A stretch of DNA of 64,000 bases from Hemiscyllium ocellatum (taxonomy: Eukaryota): NCBI RefSeq assembly GCF_020745735.1, contig NC_083424.1, forward strand, positions 27,638,999 through 27,702,998, read 5' to 3'. A program made the translations under genes and the position numbers. Each line of letters starts with the position of its first letter. The first letter of the stretch is position 1. Under the pieces are notes generated by a model that had not been told where the DNA came from, did not search any database, and saw nothing but the letters and a program-made list of their open reading frames with translations. Of this stretch, positions 1 to 13,549 are shown piece by piece.

Positions 1-609
1 GTAGATTTTTGAAATATTGGGGACTTGAGGGCTACATAGAGCTGGCACAAGAAAGGAATTGAGTCCTAGGGCAGATCAGCCATGGTCATACAGAATGCAG
101 GGCAGACTTGCGGGGCTGAGATGCCTTCTCTTGCTCATATTTCTTGTGTTATGTTGAATCTTTCTAATCTTCCACTGATTATCGTAAGATATCAAGTAGA
201 TAGATAATTTGGTCTATCCTAGCTCACATAATCAGGGCAAAATTATGTCTCCTACCAAAGTGTTCAATTATTTATTAAATGATTCCAAGGTATTTAACTC
301 AGCTGACTTAAACAGAATTTAATTTTATTAGTCATCACTTTGAAGCAAGAAAAGTAACTCCCTGAAATGTTATGCATTTCATTTCATAAGTTTAATTCTA
401 ATCGCTCTGTTCCTACAACCTTGGTTTTTTTTAAAAGTACTGCTCTACATTTGCCATTCCTACTCAAGAATGAATGATTAATGGAGAAAAAAGAATGTTA
501 TTCATCTATTCTAAGACTGATAAATGAATGGTGGTTATAATAAGTTTTTCCTTTTTTAGGTTGGGATCTTGGCACAGATGACTGACTCTTCAAAAAAAAG
601 GAATGAGAA

Positions 610-1272
610 CCATAAAGTCAAAGAGCTGCACAGAATCAGACTCTTTGGTCGAACTCATCCATGCTAACCAGATATCCTGGATTAATCTACTCTCATTTGC
701 CAGCATTTGGCCCATATCCCTCCAAACCCCTCCTATTCATATACCCATTCAGGTGCCTTTTAAATGTACAAGCTTCCACTACTTCTTCTGGCAGCTCATT
801 CCAAACACATAGCACCCTCTGTAAAAACATTGATCCCTTTCAAATCTTTCTCCTCTCACCTTAAGCCTCTACCCTTTGGTTTTGGACTCCCCTAGCCCGG
901 AAAAAGAAACCTTGATTATTCATCCTATCCATGCCCCTCATGATTTTATAAACTTCTATATAAGGTCACCCCTCAGCCTCCACCACTTGAGGGATAATAC
1001 CCTAGCCTATTCAGCCTTTCCCTAAAACTCAAACCCTCCACCCTAGCAACATTCTTCAATATCTTTTCTGAACCCTTTCAAGTTGCACAAAATCCTCTCT
1101 ATAATATGGAGTCCAGAACTGAACTGAGTATTCCAAAAGTGGTCTAACCAACGTATTGTTCAGCCGCAACATGATATCCCAACTCCTATATTCAATGCTC
1201 TGACCAATAAAGACAAGCATACCAAATGCCATCTTCACTACCCAGTCTACCTGCAACTCCACTTTCAAGGAA
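610..1272 (-). mobile_element. CR1-clade (HER1-like) LINE 3' fragment
   Basis: LVRPLLEYSVQFWTPYY...LERVQKR C-terminal CR1 motif plus 3' UTR. Confidence 0.85.
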
Positions 1273-2989
1273 TCCTTCAGCACTTTCACAATGAAAAAAG
1301 AGCATTGAAAACACTATGTTCTGGAGTTACTCAAGGTGCCCTGTCTGTAATGGACAGCGCACCCTGTATCCTGGTAAACTACATTCAGGCTGTCATACCA
1401 AATTCTTACTAGGGATTGATCCATAGTATAAGTCTTTTTTATAATTTCACACAAAATTAACAAGGGGTACATAGGATGAGTGGCATGTAAACTATTAAAA
1501 TGCTAGTACAGGAACATAGAATTTGGGCACAGGATTAGCCCCTTTGCCCTTCATGACTGTTCCATCATTCAATAAGATCATGTCTGATTTGATTTTACTT
1601 TCCTGACCACTCCCCATAGCCCTCAACTTCCAGAAGATTATCGAACTCTGCCTTGAATAAATTCCAATGACAAGCCTTCACTACTTCGAGGTTTTTTTTG
1701 CATTAATGAAAAAGTATATTGTTAGAGAATAGAAAACAATACTTATGTGGAAGTGTATAATAGTAATACAAGGTGTACAGAGTGGGGAAGAAAATGTTCT
1801 TTTAGAGAAGTTAAATCTTGATATTTTAATAATAAATAGCTTCCCAATATTTATGAAGCAATTGATCAGCAAATTATAAGAATAATCAAAGTAAATTATC
1901 TTTTACATAATACAGACCCTTTGGAAAAATAAGCTGCCATAAATTATGAAGCCAAACACTGATTATAATCAAATGAAAACATGAAATTAGAATTGAGACA
2001 GCTTTAAACTTACCAAGAAACACAGACATCCAATCTGAAACGGTATTTTACTATTGAAACATCTGTGGTATTTTGTTACTCCAAATAATCATCCAGTACA
2101 ATTTGAACTTCACAAATGGAATGTTTCAATGTGACAACTAATGAAGTATAGAAAATAACTGCAATATCTTTAAAAGTTCTAAAGTGTCAAATGTAATAGT
2201 CCAGAATAACTCTAAAACAGGGCTTCAATAAATATTCTCCCGTGTTTAATTTTATGATGTTGATATTAGACGCTGGAAATTAGAGAAGTCAGTGTGCACA
2301 GCAGCTGACAATTTGCAATACAAACAACAACAATGAGCACCATTATCCACCTCAATGTTTTTCATCACAGTATCTCATTTCTTTTTAGCTGTAAATAGCC
2401 TCAGCAACCCAAGGGAAGCAAGTGGCTCCATCACAATGGGTGAAAATCATAAATGATAAATATTTCCCTTTTCACCTAATGCCGAAGAAGATGAGCCAAG
2501 CATATTTAAAATATAATTAGATATTTCAGTAAGTATCGTCTGATTCCTCGTTTATTTAAAAAATGCCTTTTACTTTAAAAGTTTTCTCATATAAAATTTG
2601 CAATGGCAACAAGATACATACTGAGGTCAACGGTTACGAAGACAGAAACAATGCTGGAATGAAAAGTAACCAGAAACGATGAGAAAACATTGAAGTGACA
2701 AAGTGCAAAATGCAACTAGAATAACATCAACTCAATTAGCACGAAACTTAGTGTTTTATATTCTCTTTTAAGAAACTTCAAAACTGTGGAGGCGAAATGA
2801 ATTTCACCATAACTCCCCTTGAAAACAGAAATAATCGTGTGGCCGTCATAAAAAAAATGACATTCAAGGACATTTAGTGAAATGGGAAAGGTATATAAAG
2901 CTAATCATGTTAAGACCGGAATTGATAGATGAATGATACAAATGAGCAACAAGTACCGTTTGATTCCTGGTTTTTGTCTATTTCAGCAG

Positions 2990-3470
2990 AACGTTGCTGC
3001 CTAAGGCAATTTGAATGGGGAATGAAAGTGGTTTTTCTTACCTTTTCAAGCATGATTGCTGCAGACCCTGGCAATCAGAATCTCGTTCGAGAAAAGTAAC
3101 CTGTTTTCTGGACTCCATTAAAGAAAATTTATGCCTAGGTTCTCCCTACACTAGACCCACAACAGTGGAGTTCTTGAAACTCTAGGCAACGGCTGATAGC
3201 TTAGTGAAAGCCTCTGTTTTTGCTGAACTAGCGCCCAGCATACACATGCGCACTGTATAAGGTTCAAGGCACAATTTAAAGCAAGTGTTAAAGAATGTAA
3301 CGACATTAGATCAGTGAGAACTAAACATACTTAGGTTCTGCTGATAATATGGTGCATTATTAAGCGATTTAACGCAGGGGATTTATAACGTATTGCCAAT
3401 GTTGTTTATTATATATTTGTTTTAATAACTACGTCGCAAGTAATTGTTGCGTGTTTTTGACTGGGGCGGT
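2990..3470 (-). promoter_or_regulatory. Promoter-like region
   Basis: Local CpG enrichment; RFX X-box-like GCTGCCTAAGGCAAT (2996-3010) and CTAGGCAAC (3182-3190); NRF1-like CATGCGCA (3245-3252); GC box GGGGCGG (3463-3469). Confidence 0.5.
3042..3118 (-). CDS. Candidate first coding exon of a minus-strand gene (MESRKQVTFLERDSDCQGLQQSCLK...), possibly FAM216A by synteny
   Basis: ATG at 3118, open for 77 nt to a strong donor AAG|gtaaga, next to promoter-like motifs. FAM216A is the divergently oriented neighbour of GPN3 in human. No downstream exon was identified in the window. Confidence 0.4.
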
Positions 3471-3656
3471 TTAATGTTTTATTTTATTAATTATGATTTA
3501 AGTTTCCTAATAGTTTTCATTGTTTGCTGATCTAATATCCATGTTTGCTGTGTGGGGCACCTTGTGGGGTATCTTACAAGGACAAAATCAAGTTCTTAAA
3601 GGCAGAACTCCGAGTTTGCCAGCACTTTTCAAATAGAGGTGACTTTGTTAGCTCGG

Positions 3657-4000
3657 TCAGGATATAAGATGGTCACAGACCCAAGGGGTTTCTGTGTGGT
3701 GAGGTAGGTGGAGCCAAATGACCAGCGGTACGCAAAGCTCCGCTTCAAGAATGCTTTCAAATGTGACATGAAGACCCCAGCTAGCAATGATTGTACGCGG
3801 AAAGGACCCGCTGATATCAGAGGACAATATCATGGAGTGGCATGCACCACCAGGATGACCAGCACCCACTTGAGGCAAAACCTGTCTCACAAGGATTAAA
3901 CTCTTCAGCTGTGTACGCATGAAGAGGCCCTATCTGGAATGAATTTATTTGCTCAATGGCCATTATCTTTTGTGGATGAAAGGATGCAACCAATAATAAA
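3657..4000 (+). mobile_element. RTE-clade LINE 3' fragment
   Basis: Degenerate DGHRPKGFLCGE...KLRFKNAFKCDMK, resembling the RTE C-terminus DGRIPKDLLYGE...KLRFKDxxKRDMK; RTE-like 3' end (aaggatgcaaccaataataa). Confidence 0.6.
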
Positions 4001-4014
4001 ATTGACATCCAGTC

Positions 4015-4270
4015 TTGATGTTAAAACTCTCTTCCGTGTTTTCAAATCTCTCCATAGCCTCAGCCTTAGCCTTCCCGATATCTATAATCTCCACAAACCT
4101 CCAAGATATCTGCGTGCGTTTAATTCTGGTTTCTTGTGCATCCCTGATTTTAATCACTCCTGTTGGTCCTGGATTCCAACTCTGGGATACCATCCTTCTA
4201 CCTCTGCACATCACTTCCTTCCTTTAAGATACCCCTTAAAACCTCATTCTTTGTTGAAATACTTGACCAT
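4015..4270 (+). mobile_element. L2-clade LINE 3' fragment
   Basis: VFKSLH...PPRYLRAFNSGFLCIPDFN, then cctttaagataccccttaaaacctc, as in the L2 C-terminus. Confidence 0.6.
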
Positions 4271-4979
4271 ACAACTTGATGTGACTTAATTTCATATTCT
4301 GTTTTAAAAGTTTCCACTGAAACGCCTTGGAGCATTTTATTAGGTTGTTATTGTTTTTATTAGTGATGAGAGTAAACTGTAGTAACAAGTTTACAAAAAT
4401 GATTGATGAATTTCAATCAAGTCAGCTCTTATCATATTGCAACAATGACTGCAATGAGAACATGCAATTAAGATGTTTTTATTTGCAGAAAACGTCCAGC
4501 TGTTTCAACTCTAATGTAGATTACTACATCACAATAGTAGGGGCCAAAGTTATCTTCATTGAAAGTAAATCGCATATACCTCTAGAAAAGAAATCACATA
4601 TACTCCATTGATACATATTTAAGTATATCTCCACTGGAATCTAGATTGCATTTATACCTCATAGAATATAAATTTCAATGTACTCAATTAGCAAATAGAT
4701 CATATTCTGCATCCTGAAATATTGACCACACACAATAAATTAACCATACTCCAGTGGGAAAATTTCTTCACTGAAATGTCGCTTGAACATAGCAGATTCT
4801 CAAGATGCCCATGGTTGCGGGTTTCTTAATATCCATATTATAATATGGATTTCAGGGGAATGTTTACATATTCCTCATGGGAAGAAGATATGGAAATGCA
4901 TCTATCATCGTCAGCCATATTACACCATTGATCATTCCGATATATCCCTGGCATAAATCCCATATACTTACATTAGGCA

Positions 4980-6090
4980 TCAAGTTTGATAATTTGGCAT
5001 CAAGGAGCTTTTAACAATTGAATCAATGGGAGTCAGGGAACGTTTCTCTGCTGCTTGGAGTCAAACCTGGCACAAAAGATGGTTATGGTAGTTGGAGATC
5101 AGCCATTTCAGTTCCAGTACCTCTCTGCAGAAGTTCCTCAGGATAGTGTCAATTGACCAGCCATCTGTCAGAAGTGGGTATGTTCAATGACAATTCAACA
5201 ATATTCAGCACCATTCAAAAGTCATCAGATACTGAAGCAGGCCATGTCAAAATTTGGCAACAGCTGAACAATATCCACATTTGAGCTGACAAGGACATGT
5301 AATATTCATGCCACACAAGTGCCAGGCAATAACTATCTCCAACAAGAGAAAATCTAAACATTGTACATTGACAATCAATGGCCTCACCATTGCTGAAACC
5401 CCAGCTATCAAATTCCTGGAGATTACTACTAACCAGGAAAGGACTGCACTTGCCATACAAATATCTGGTTAGGGAGTAGGAATCTAGGTGGGATGTTCTT
5501 TGGAGGGTCGGTGTGGACTTGATGGGCCAAATGGCCTGCTTCCACATTGTGGGGATTCTATGAAAATGTATTCACTATTTTAAAGGAGCAAGTCACGATG
5601 ATGATTAACTATTTCTGGTTGCCTGTTGACTGCAATTTCAACTAACCTTAAGAATCTTAACACTATCCAGGGCAAAGCAGCTAGCTTGAAAGGCACTGCA
5701 CCAAAAACATTCACTCCTTCCACCATCCACTCTCAGTAGAAATGTTATATACCATCTATAGATGCATTGCAGAAATTCACCATGTTTCCTCAGACATTGC
5801 CTTCCATGACCACTGCCATCCAGAAGGACCACTGCATAAGAACACCACAACCTGCAAGTTCCCCATCAAGTCATTTACCATCTGGACTTGGAAAGATATC
5901 ATCATTGTTTTAGTTTTGCTGGGTCAAAATACTGGGACTCCCTCCTAAATGGCATTGTGGGTGTACTTACACCAAATGGACGGTAGTAGTTCAAGAATGC
6001 AGCTCAACACACTTTCTCAAGGGCCATTAATGAGGGTCAATGAATAGTGGCCCAGCCAATGAGGTCCACCTCCCATGAATTAATAAAAAA
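4980..6090 (+). mobile_element. Degenerate non-LTR LINE (second CR1/L2-group family) 3' half, with an inserted SINE tail at about 5480-5562
   Basis: RT remnant resembling WADKWQVTFxPHKCQA; 3' end cccatgaattaataaaaaa. Related copies at 11370-13612, 21950-22800, 34120-34870(-) and 49510-49750(-). Confidence 0.7.
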
Positions 6091-7774
6091 CAGATAAGCC
6101 AAATGCCCTTCCCCCTGCTCTATTTCCTATATTTCTTTATACACTAAGGAAGCAGATCTCCTATTTCCTCATTGGAATGCCATATAATTCTGTGACAAAT
6201 AAAGTATATACTTATTTATGATAATGTATAATAGTGATAAATAAAATTATGCTTATTAAAAACATATCATGTTACTAACAACTTTTGTTGAGTAAAAGCT
6301 GTTTATTCATTATAATATCTGGGTGATCTTGATACAGTTTGAATTTTTCTCAATATCTTAAGGACAACATGGTATAGTTTAGAGTGTTATGAATGTAAAT
6401 TTGTGTTCATTTTTTACTTTGACTGAATAAAGGTGAAGGGAAAGTTGCCATTGACCCAGAAGGTGATACGGCTGCTCTCTCATTAAAGGGGAATGACTGG
6501 TGGTGAGTCTAACCGAGGGTCACCATTTCTGAGAAACAACAATACCTACAATGATAAAGATACAGCAGAGACACGTGTTACCTTCAGCCTTATCCAATAA
6601 GATGAGGGGTGAAGTTGAGAAGTCTGGACATTCATGGTGACGTCAGCTGGCACAGGAATTGCATTGCAAAGTACCCATCCAACCAACCGAACTAACCAAT
6701 ATCCTTTGGTTGAATAGAAATCTCAGACCTAACAATAACTTCCAAATATGTTAAAGTGGTTCCTGAAGTATAATTAGGGTATTAATTCCATCTTCTGTCA
6801 AGTTGCAAATAAAGAAATGTCCACGGCTTGTCACTTTGCACAGTCTAAAATACTGACCAGATATACTTATAATTAATCTTTTATGAATAGGAACATATAT
6901 GGAAGACATGTCAGGGGTTTTTAATATTATGTTTACTATTGGTATGAAGTAGATTTAATTTTGCAACAACACTAAAGGACTGATCTGAATTTAAAAGATT
7001 TTGGATTTCAGTGATTCTGTTCCTTTTACTGAAGTGTTCCTGAGTTTGACTGTGGATTAATTTATACTATGACTGCAGCAGCATTGAAAAAAGGGATTAC
7101 TTTGCACCAAGGCTATAGCTTCAGCAAGAATGCAAGAAAAGAGACTTCACCAGTAAATATCTAAAAGGAGAAAATACAGATGTTTCGGTTATGGATTCAT
7201 TAGTATGCATATCATCTGTTTAAAAGAGATATTTTAATCACTTTCAACCAAACCAGAACTACCTATTCTCTGTCATAGATAAGTGTGTGCTGTTTTTGAA
7301 GCTGTATCAATCTCTGGATTTTAAAGGCATAACAAATAGAACTAAAAATTGGCCACTCGGCTCAACATTTAAGCACTGGGGCCCTTTGATGTAGAAATAA
7401 CCTTTTTGATAATGATTAAGCTGCAGAATTGTAATAGCTACAATATTTTAGCCATCACATACTGGTTCGTAAGAGTCATGGTCTATCCCTGCAACTAGCT
7501 TTTCTTTTTAACACAATGATGATTGGAAAATACCTATTAGCTTTTCCATTGCTGCAAATCAAAGTCACATAATGAAGCATTGTAGAATATGTACCAGGAA
7601 ATGTCAGTGATTTCTAGATTCTAAACATTATTACCAATGAATTCTTATGACAGTAGTTTTAACTACCCAAGCTAATATACAGATAGAACAAAAGAAAAAT
7701 TAAGAATCCACTGTCACATAAGGGTACACTGTTCTGAGTCAGGTTCTTCTTGAGAAGCTTTATTGTACAGGATC

Positions 7775-8296
7775 ATTTAAATTTCAACTCTCATTCGCGC
7801 GCCCACTCCCCTGGTGACATATTCATCCTGGGCCTCCTCCACTGTCAAAATGAGGCAACAAACAAACTGAAGGAACAATACCTCAGGAGCTTACAGCTGA
7901 ATGGCCTCAACATAAAGTTCATCAGCTTCAAAACCTCCCCTCCCAAACCTCATCCCATGTCCAGCCTTCTCCTCCCCACCCCCTTGACCTGATCTAACCT
8001 GTCCATCTTCCTTCTCACCTATCTGCTGCACTCTTCCCCTAACCAATCACAATAATCTCTTACCTGCATCCACCTATCAACATTCCATTTCCTTTCCTGC
8101 ATCCACCTATCATCATCCCACCTACCTGTCCCCCACACACCCCGTCCCTCTATTTCACAGCTCCTTTCCCCCTCCCCAGTCCTGACCCAAAACATCAACT
8201 TTCCTGCTCCTCCAAGGCTGTCTGACCTGCTGTGCTTTTCCATCTCCACATTTTATCAACTCTGACTTCCAGCATCAGCAGTCCTTACTATCTCCA
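7775..8296 (+). mobile_element. Penelope-like element 3' end (GIY-YIG C-terminus plus 3' terminal region)
   Basis: FNSHS...DIFILGLLHCQNEATNKLKEQYL...NGLNIKF, followed by a C-rich UTR and the shared terminus. Confidence 0.7.
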
Positions 8297-8384
8297 GGAC
8301 TAAAAAAGAGAGTTATTATAATTCTAATAAGCCAATTTTGTGATCTGCACTCCCTTGAGCAAGTAATTCATAGTAACCTTAATA

Positions 8385-8580
8385 GTGGGTTTCCTCCGGG
8401 TGCTCCGGTTTCCTCCCACAGTCCAAAGATGTGCGGGTCAGGTGAATTGGCCATGCTAAATTGCCCGTAGTGTTAGGTAAGGGGTAAATGTAGGGGTGTG
8501 GGTGGGTTGCGCTTCGGCGGGTTGGTGTGGACTTCTAGGGCCGAAGGGCCTGTTTCCATTCCGTAAGTAATCTAATCTAG
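8385..8580 (+). mobile_element. HE1 SINE, 5'-truncated
   Basis: Matches the 3' part of the 33737 copy. Confidence 0.88.
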
Positions 8581-8639
8581 TCTCAGAACAGCCATTTCAA
8601 TTTTTCATGTTTTGGTCCTTACAGTGGAATATACTTAGA

Positions 8640-10257
8640 ATATTCTATTTATGCTAAAGGGTACAGAGGAGTAATGAAGTACCAACACCATTACGAATGA
8701 AGTAGTAATAGATAAACTAATGAAGCTAAAGGTAGATAAGTCCCTGGCCCTGATGGCTTGCATTTCAGAATCCTAAAAGAGGTAGGTATAGAAATAGTGA
8801 GCACATTGGTGGTAATTTTCCAAAAACCATTGGATTCTGAAGGAGTATCAGAAGATTTGGAAACTCTAATGTGACACACTTATTCAAAAAGAAAGGGAGG
8901 CAAAAAGTAGGAAAGTATAAGCTGATTAGCTTAAGATATATTAATGGAAAAGTATTGGAATCAATTATCAAGGAAGAAGTTGGAGAACATACCAAAAATC
9001 ATAATCTAATTAAACAGTCAGCATGGCTTCATGAAAGGGAGATTGAGTATGACTAATTTATTAGAGATTTTCGAGGAAGTCTCAGCCAGAGTGGATAGAC
9101 GGGAACCAGTAGATGTGTTATATTTAGTCTTTCAGAAGGTGCCCAACAGGTTAAGTCCTAAGATAAGATTTGGAGGTGGCAGATTGATGTTGTTAGAGAA
9201 TTGGCTAACGGCAAGAAACAGCAAATGGGGATAAGGAGTTATTTTTCAAGTGTGGTTGCACAGGGATCAGTGCTGGTACCATAACTGTTTACAGTGTGTA
9301 TGAATGACTTGGAGGAAGGAAGTGAATGTAGTATAGCCAAATTTTCAGATGACACAAAAATAAATGGAAAGGCAGGCTAGGATACAAACAGTTTACAGAG
9401 AGATATTGATAGGTTAAGTAAGTAGGCAAAGGGTTGGCAAATGTAGTATAATCATTTAAAATTTGCATTTGTTCATTTTGGGAGAACAAAAGAACACTAT
9501 TATTTAAATAGAGAAAATCTGCAGAAACTGTAACTCAAAGGGACTTGGGGGTACTTGTGCACAAAACACATAAAGTTAGCACACATGTGTAGCAAGTAAT
9601 CAGGAAGGCTAATGGAATGTTGGCCCTTATTTCAAGGGGATTGCAGTATAAGAGTAAGTCTTACTGCAACTGTACAAAGTGCTGGTGAGACCACATTTGC
9701 AATACTGTGAGCACGCTTGGTCCCTTTATTTAAGGAAAGATATAATTTCATTAGAGGAAGTTCAGAGCTGGTTCACTAGAATGATTTTTGGTATGGAGGG
9801 ATTGTTTTATGAGCAAAGCTTAAACACGTTGGGACTCTACTCATTAGAGTTTAGGAGAATGAGAGGTGATCTCATTGAAACATATAGGATTCTTAAGGGA
9901 TTTGACAGGGCAAATGGTGAGAGAAACTTTTTCCTCAAGGGGCATCAAAGACCAGAGAGAAAAGTCTCAGAATTAAGGGGTACCAATTTAAGACTGAGAT
10001 GAGGAGGAATTTCTTCCTCAGTGGGTTGTGAGATTTTGGAACTTCTTACCACAGAGAGCTGTTGGGGCAGAGTCGTTGTTCATATTTAAGACCGAGAGAG
10101 ATAGATTTGTAATCAGTAGGGGAATCTAGGACTATGGGGGAAAGGCAGGAAAGTGGATATGAGGAATGGGGGGATAAGCCATGATACTATTGAATGGCAG
10201 AGCAGACTCAAAGGGCCTAATGGTTTACTCCTATTCCAATTTCTTATGTCTTATGTA
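8640..10257 (+). mobile_element. CR1 LINE fragment (RT and C-terminus)
   Basis: DKSPGPDG, LTNLLEIFEEV and LVRPHLQYCEHAWSLYL...RMRGDLIETY; ends ttcttatgtcttatg. Confidence 0.85.
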
Positions 10258-11970
10258 TAATCCATTTTAGAATACAGTATTTCCACCTCTAAACAAAATT
10301 CATGCAAATTTTATAAGTCCTACAAGACAAAAAAATCCATACTTATTGCAATATTAATTTTGAATTTTCATCCTATTACTGATTGTTTAGAATTGGAAGA
10401 TTCAAGTATATTGCTGTCAGACAACAATAGGATCAGATCTTAAATGTTATGTCTTTATGTTTGAAGTCAGCCAATGCTTCCTGTGCAACTGCACAAAAGC
10501 AGTCACATTATTTAGAAACTGAAAGACCTCTGACCAAATGCTTTCCACATAAATAGTTGTGAAATCTTGATTACGTAAACATGGCAATGGCAGTTATTTT
10601 GTGAAATTTTGCAAATTTTATTTTGTTGAAACCCTCACCTATGTTAATTCACATGCTATTGTTACTATAAAAACTAATTAGGTCTAACCATTAGAGATAC
10701 TTGTTACTTTGGCAACCAAAATTTATTGTTGGTGGCGAACACAGTATGGCACCTAAGAATAAAGGTGTTTTATCAAAGAATAGCATGGGAATAATATTTA
10801 TATGTACTTATTATCATTCAAATTTACTCCGTCTTCATGGATATCAACAGCAAATTTTAAACAAATATTCATATCCAGTTGCTACATGAAATAGTTTCAC
10901 AAAATAATGCACATCTCTCTCTGTCTTCTTCGATTTAGAGTTTGTGAGCAGCTGAATCAATATCTTTTGGTCTACATAGAGGTTTTTATTTATTATTTTC
11001 CCCGTTCGTTAGATTATATAATATATTTAATTTTATATATAAAATATATATCTTGATCTATTAAGATCAACTTTTCCAGACAGTAAGCAACTTATCAACT
11101 TTCTTTGCAACTCCCTGATAATATATTCACAGCTTCTTATTTTTTCTCATCATACAGAGTCTCGATGCTTTCATCTCTGTCTTTGTAGTTCACAGCTTTC
11201 TCATCTGTCATTCAACATATCCAATTAATTTTCAGTGTTAGGTCTATAACCCTGCCTTTCAAATACTTCTTCCTTTTTGATCACTTTCTTGATTAAAATC
11301 CAATTACTAAATTGAATAAAGCAATTAAAAACAGCCGTTGAATTCATAGAACCTCTCATAATGTTACTAGACAAGTAACATTTGCGCCACACAAATGCCA
11401 GGCTGTGATCATCACCAATAAGAGACAATCTGATCTCTGCCCCCTAGACGTTCCATGGTGGTTACCATCACTGAATCTCGCACTATGAGCAGTGGCACAA
11501 ATGTACATCAGAGACTAGGAAAACGGTGATGGGTAACTTACCTGCTGACTCCCCAAAGCCTGTCCATCATCTATAAGGCACAAGTCAGAAGTATGATGAA
11601 ATACTCCCCATTTGTCTGGATGAATGCAAGCAAATCCAACAATACCCAAGATGCTTGCAGCATTTAGGACAAAGCAGCCCACTCGATTGGCATCACATCC
11701 ACAAACATCTACTTTATCCACCACTTTCACTGCTCAGTAGCAGCAGTGTATACAATCTACAAGATGCACTGCAGAAATTCACCAAAGATCTTCATACAAC
11801 ACCTTTCAAACCCATACTCAATTCCATCTAGAAGGACAAGGGCAGCAGATACATGGAAACAGCACCTCCTGCAAGTTCCCCTGCCAAGTCTCCCACCATC
11901 CTGACTTGGAAACATTCCTTCACTGTTGCTGGGTCAAAGTCCTGGAATTCCTTTCCTAATGGCATTTTTT

Positions 11971-12290
11971 TTAGATTAGATTACTTACAGTGTGGAAACA
12001 GGCCCTTCGACCCAACAAGTCCACACCAACCCGCTGAAGTGCAACCCACCGATACCCCTACATTTACCCCTTACCTAACACTACGGGCAATTTAGCATGG
12101 CCAATTCACCTGACCCGCACATCTTTGGACTGTGGGAGGAAACCAGAGCACCCGGAGAAAATCCACGCAGACACGGGGAGAACGTGCAAACTCCACACAG
12201 TCAGTCGCCTGAGGCAGGAATTGAACCCAGGTCTCTGGGGCTGTGAGGCAGCAGTGCTAACCACTGTGCCGCCGTGCCACCGTGCCACCC
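11971..12290 (-). mobile_element. HE1 SINE, full length
   Basis: Reverse complement of the 33737 copy. Confidence 0.9.
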
Positions 12291-12367
12291 ACCCATTGTG
12301 GGTCAACTCATAGTAGGTGGACTGCAGTCGTTCAAGAAAGCAGCTCATGACCACCTTTTCAAGGGCA

Positions 12368-13549
12368 ATAGTTAGTAAGTTTGCAGATGACACCAAAATT
12401 GGAGGTGTAGAGGACAGTGAAGAAGGTTACCTCAGGAACTTGATCAGATGGGCCAATTGGTTGAGAAGTGGCAGGTGGAGTTTAATTTAGATAAATGCGA
12501 GGTGCTGCATTTTTGGAAAGCAAATCTTAGCAGGACTTATATACTTAATGGTAAGATCCTAAGGAGTGTTGCTGAACAAAGAGACCTTGGAGTGCAGGTT
12601 CATAGCTCCTTGAAAGTGGAGTCACAGGTAGATAGGATAGTGAAGAAGGTGTTTGGCATACTTTCCATTATTGGTCAGAGTATTGAGTAAAGGAGTTAGG
12701 AGGTCATGTTGCGACTGTACAGGACATTGGTTAGGCCACTGTTAGAATATTGCGTCCAATTCTTGTCTCCTTCCTATCGGAAAGATGTTGTGAAACTTGA
12801 AAGGGTTCAGAAAAGAGTTACAAGGATGTAGCCAGGGTTACTAGGATTTGAGCTATAGGGAAAGATTGAACAGGCTGTGGTTGTTTTTCCTGGAGCGCCG
12901 GGGGCTGTGGGGTGACCTTATAGAGGTTTATAAAGTCATGAGGGGCACGGACAGAATAAATAGACAAGGTCTTTTCCCTTTGGTTGGAGAGTCCAGAACT
13001 AGAGGACATAGGTTTAGGGTGAGAGATGAAAGATATAAAAGAGACCTAAGGGGCAACTTTTTCATGCAGAGGGTGAAGAAGGTGTTTGGCATGCTTTCTG
13101 TTATTGGTCAGGGTATTGAGTACAGTAGTTGGCAGGTCATGTTTGTTAGGCCACTGTTGGAATATTGCGTGCAATTCTGGTCTCCTTCCTATCGGAAAGA
13201 TGTTGTGAAACTTGAAAGGGTTCAGAAAAGAGTTACAAGGATGTCCAGAACTAGAGGACATAGGTTTAAGGTGAGAGAGGAAAGATATAAAAGAGACCTA
13301 AGGGGCAACTTTTTCATGCAGAGGGTGGTATGTGTATGGAATGAGCTGCTGGAGGAAATGGTGGAGGCTAGTGCAGTTGCAACATTTAAAAGGCATTTGG
13401 ATGGGCATATGAATAGGAAGGGTTTGGAAGGATACGGGCTGGGTGCTGGTAGGTGGGACTAGATTGGGTTGGGATATCTGGTTGGCATGGACAAGTTGGA
13501 CCGAAGGGTCGGTTTCCATGCTGTACGTCTCTATGACTCTATGACTCTA
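12368..13549 (+). mobile_element. CR1 (HER1-like) LINE 3' portion with an internal tandem duplication
   Basis: KFADDTK...RGDLIEVYK; (ctatgact)n tail; 13073-13327 repeats 12640-13075 with a deletion. Confidence 0.9.

Noticed and set aside
2014-2137. Second exon of the candidate minus-strand gene (ttcattag| ... TTG|gtaagt)
   Set aside because: All three frames contain stops and there is no FAM216-like motif. It could only be non-coding or chance.
4831-4850. Perfect 20-bp palindrome atccatattataatatggat
   Set aside because: AT-rich and isolated, with no associated element or TSD, so no function can be supported.
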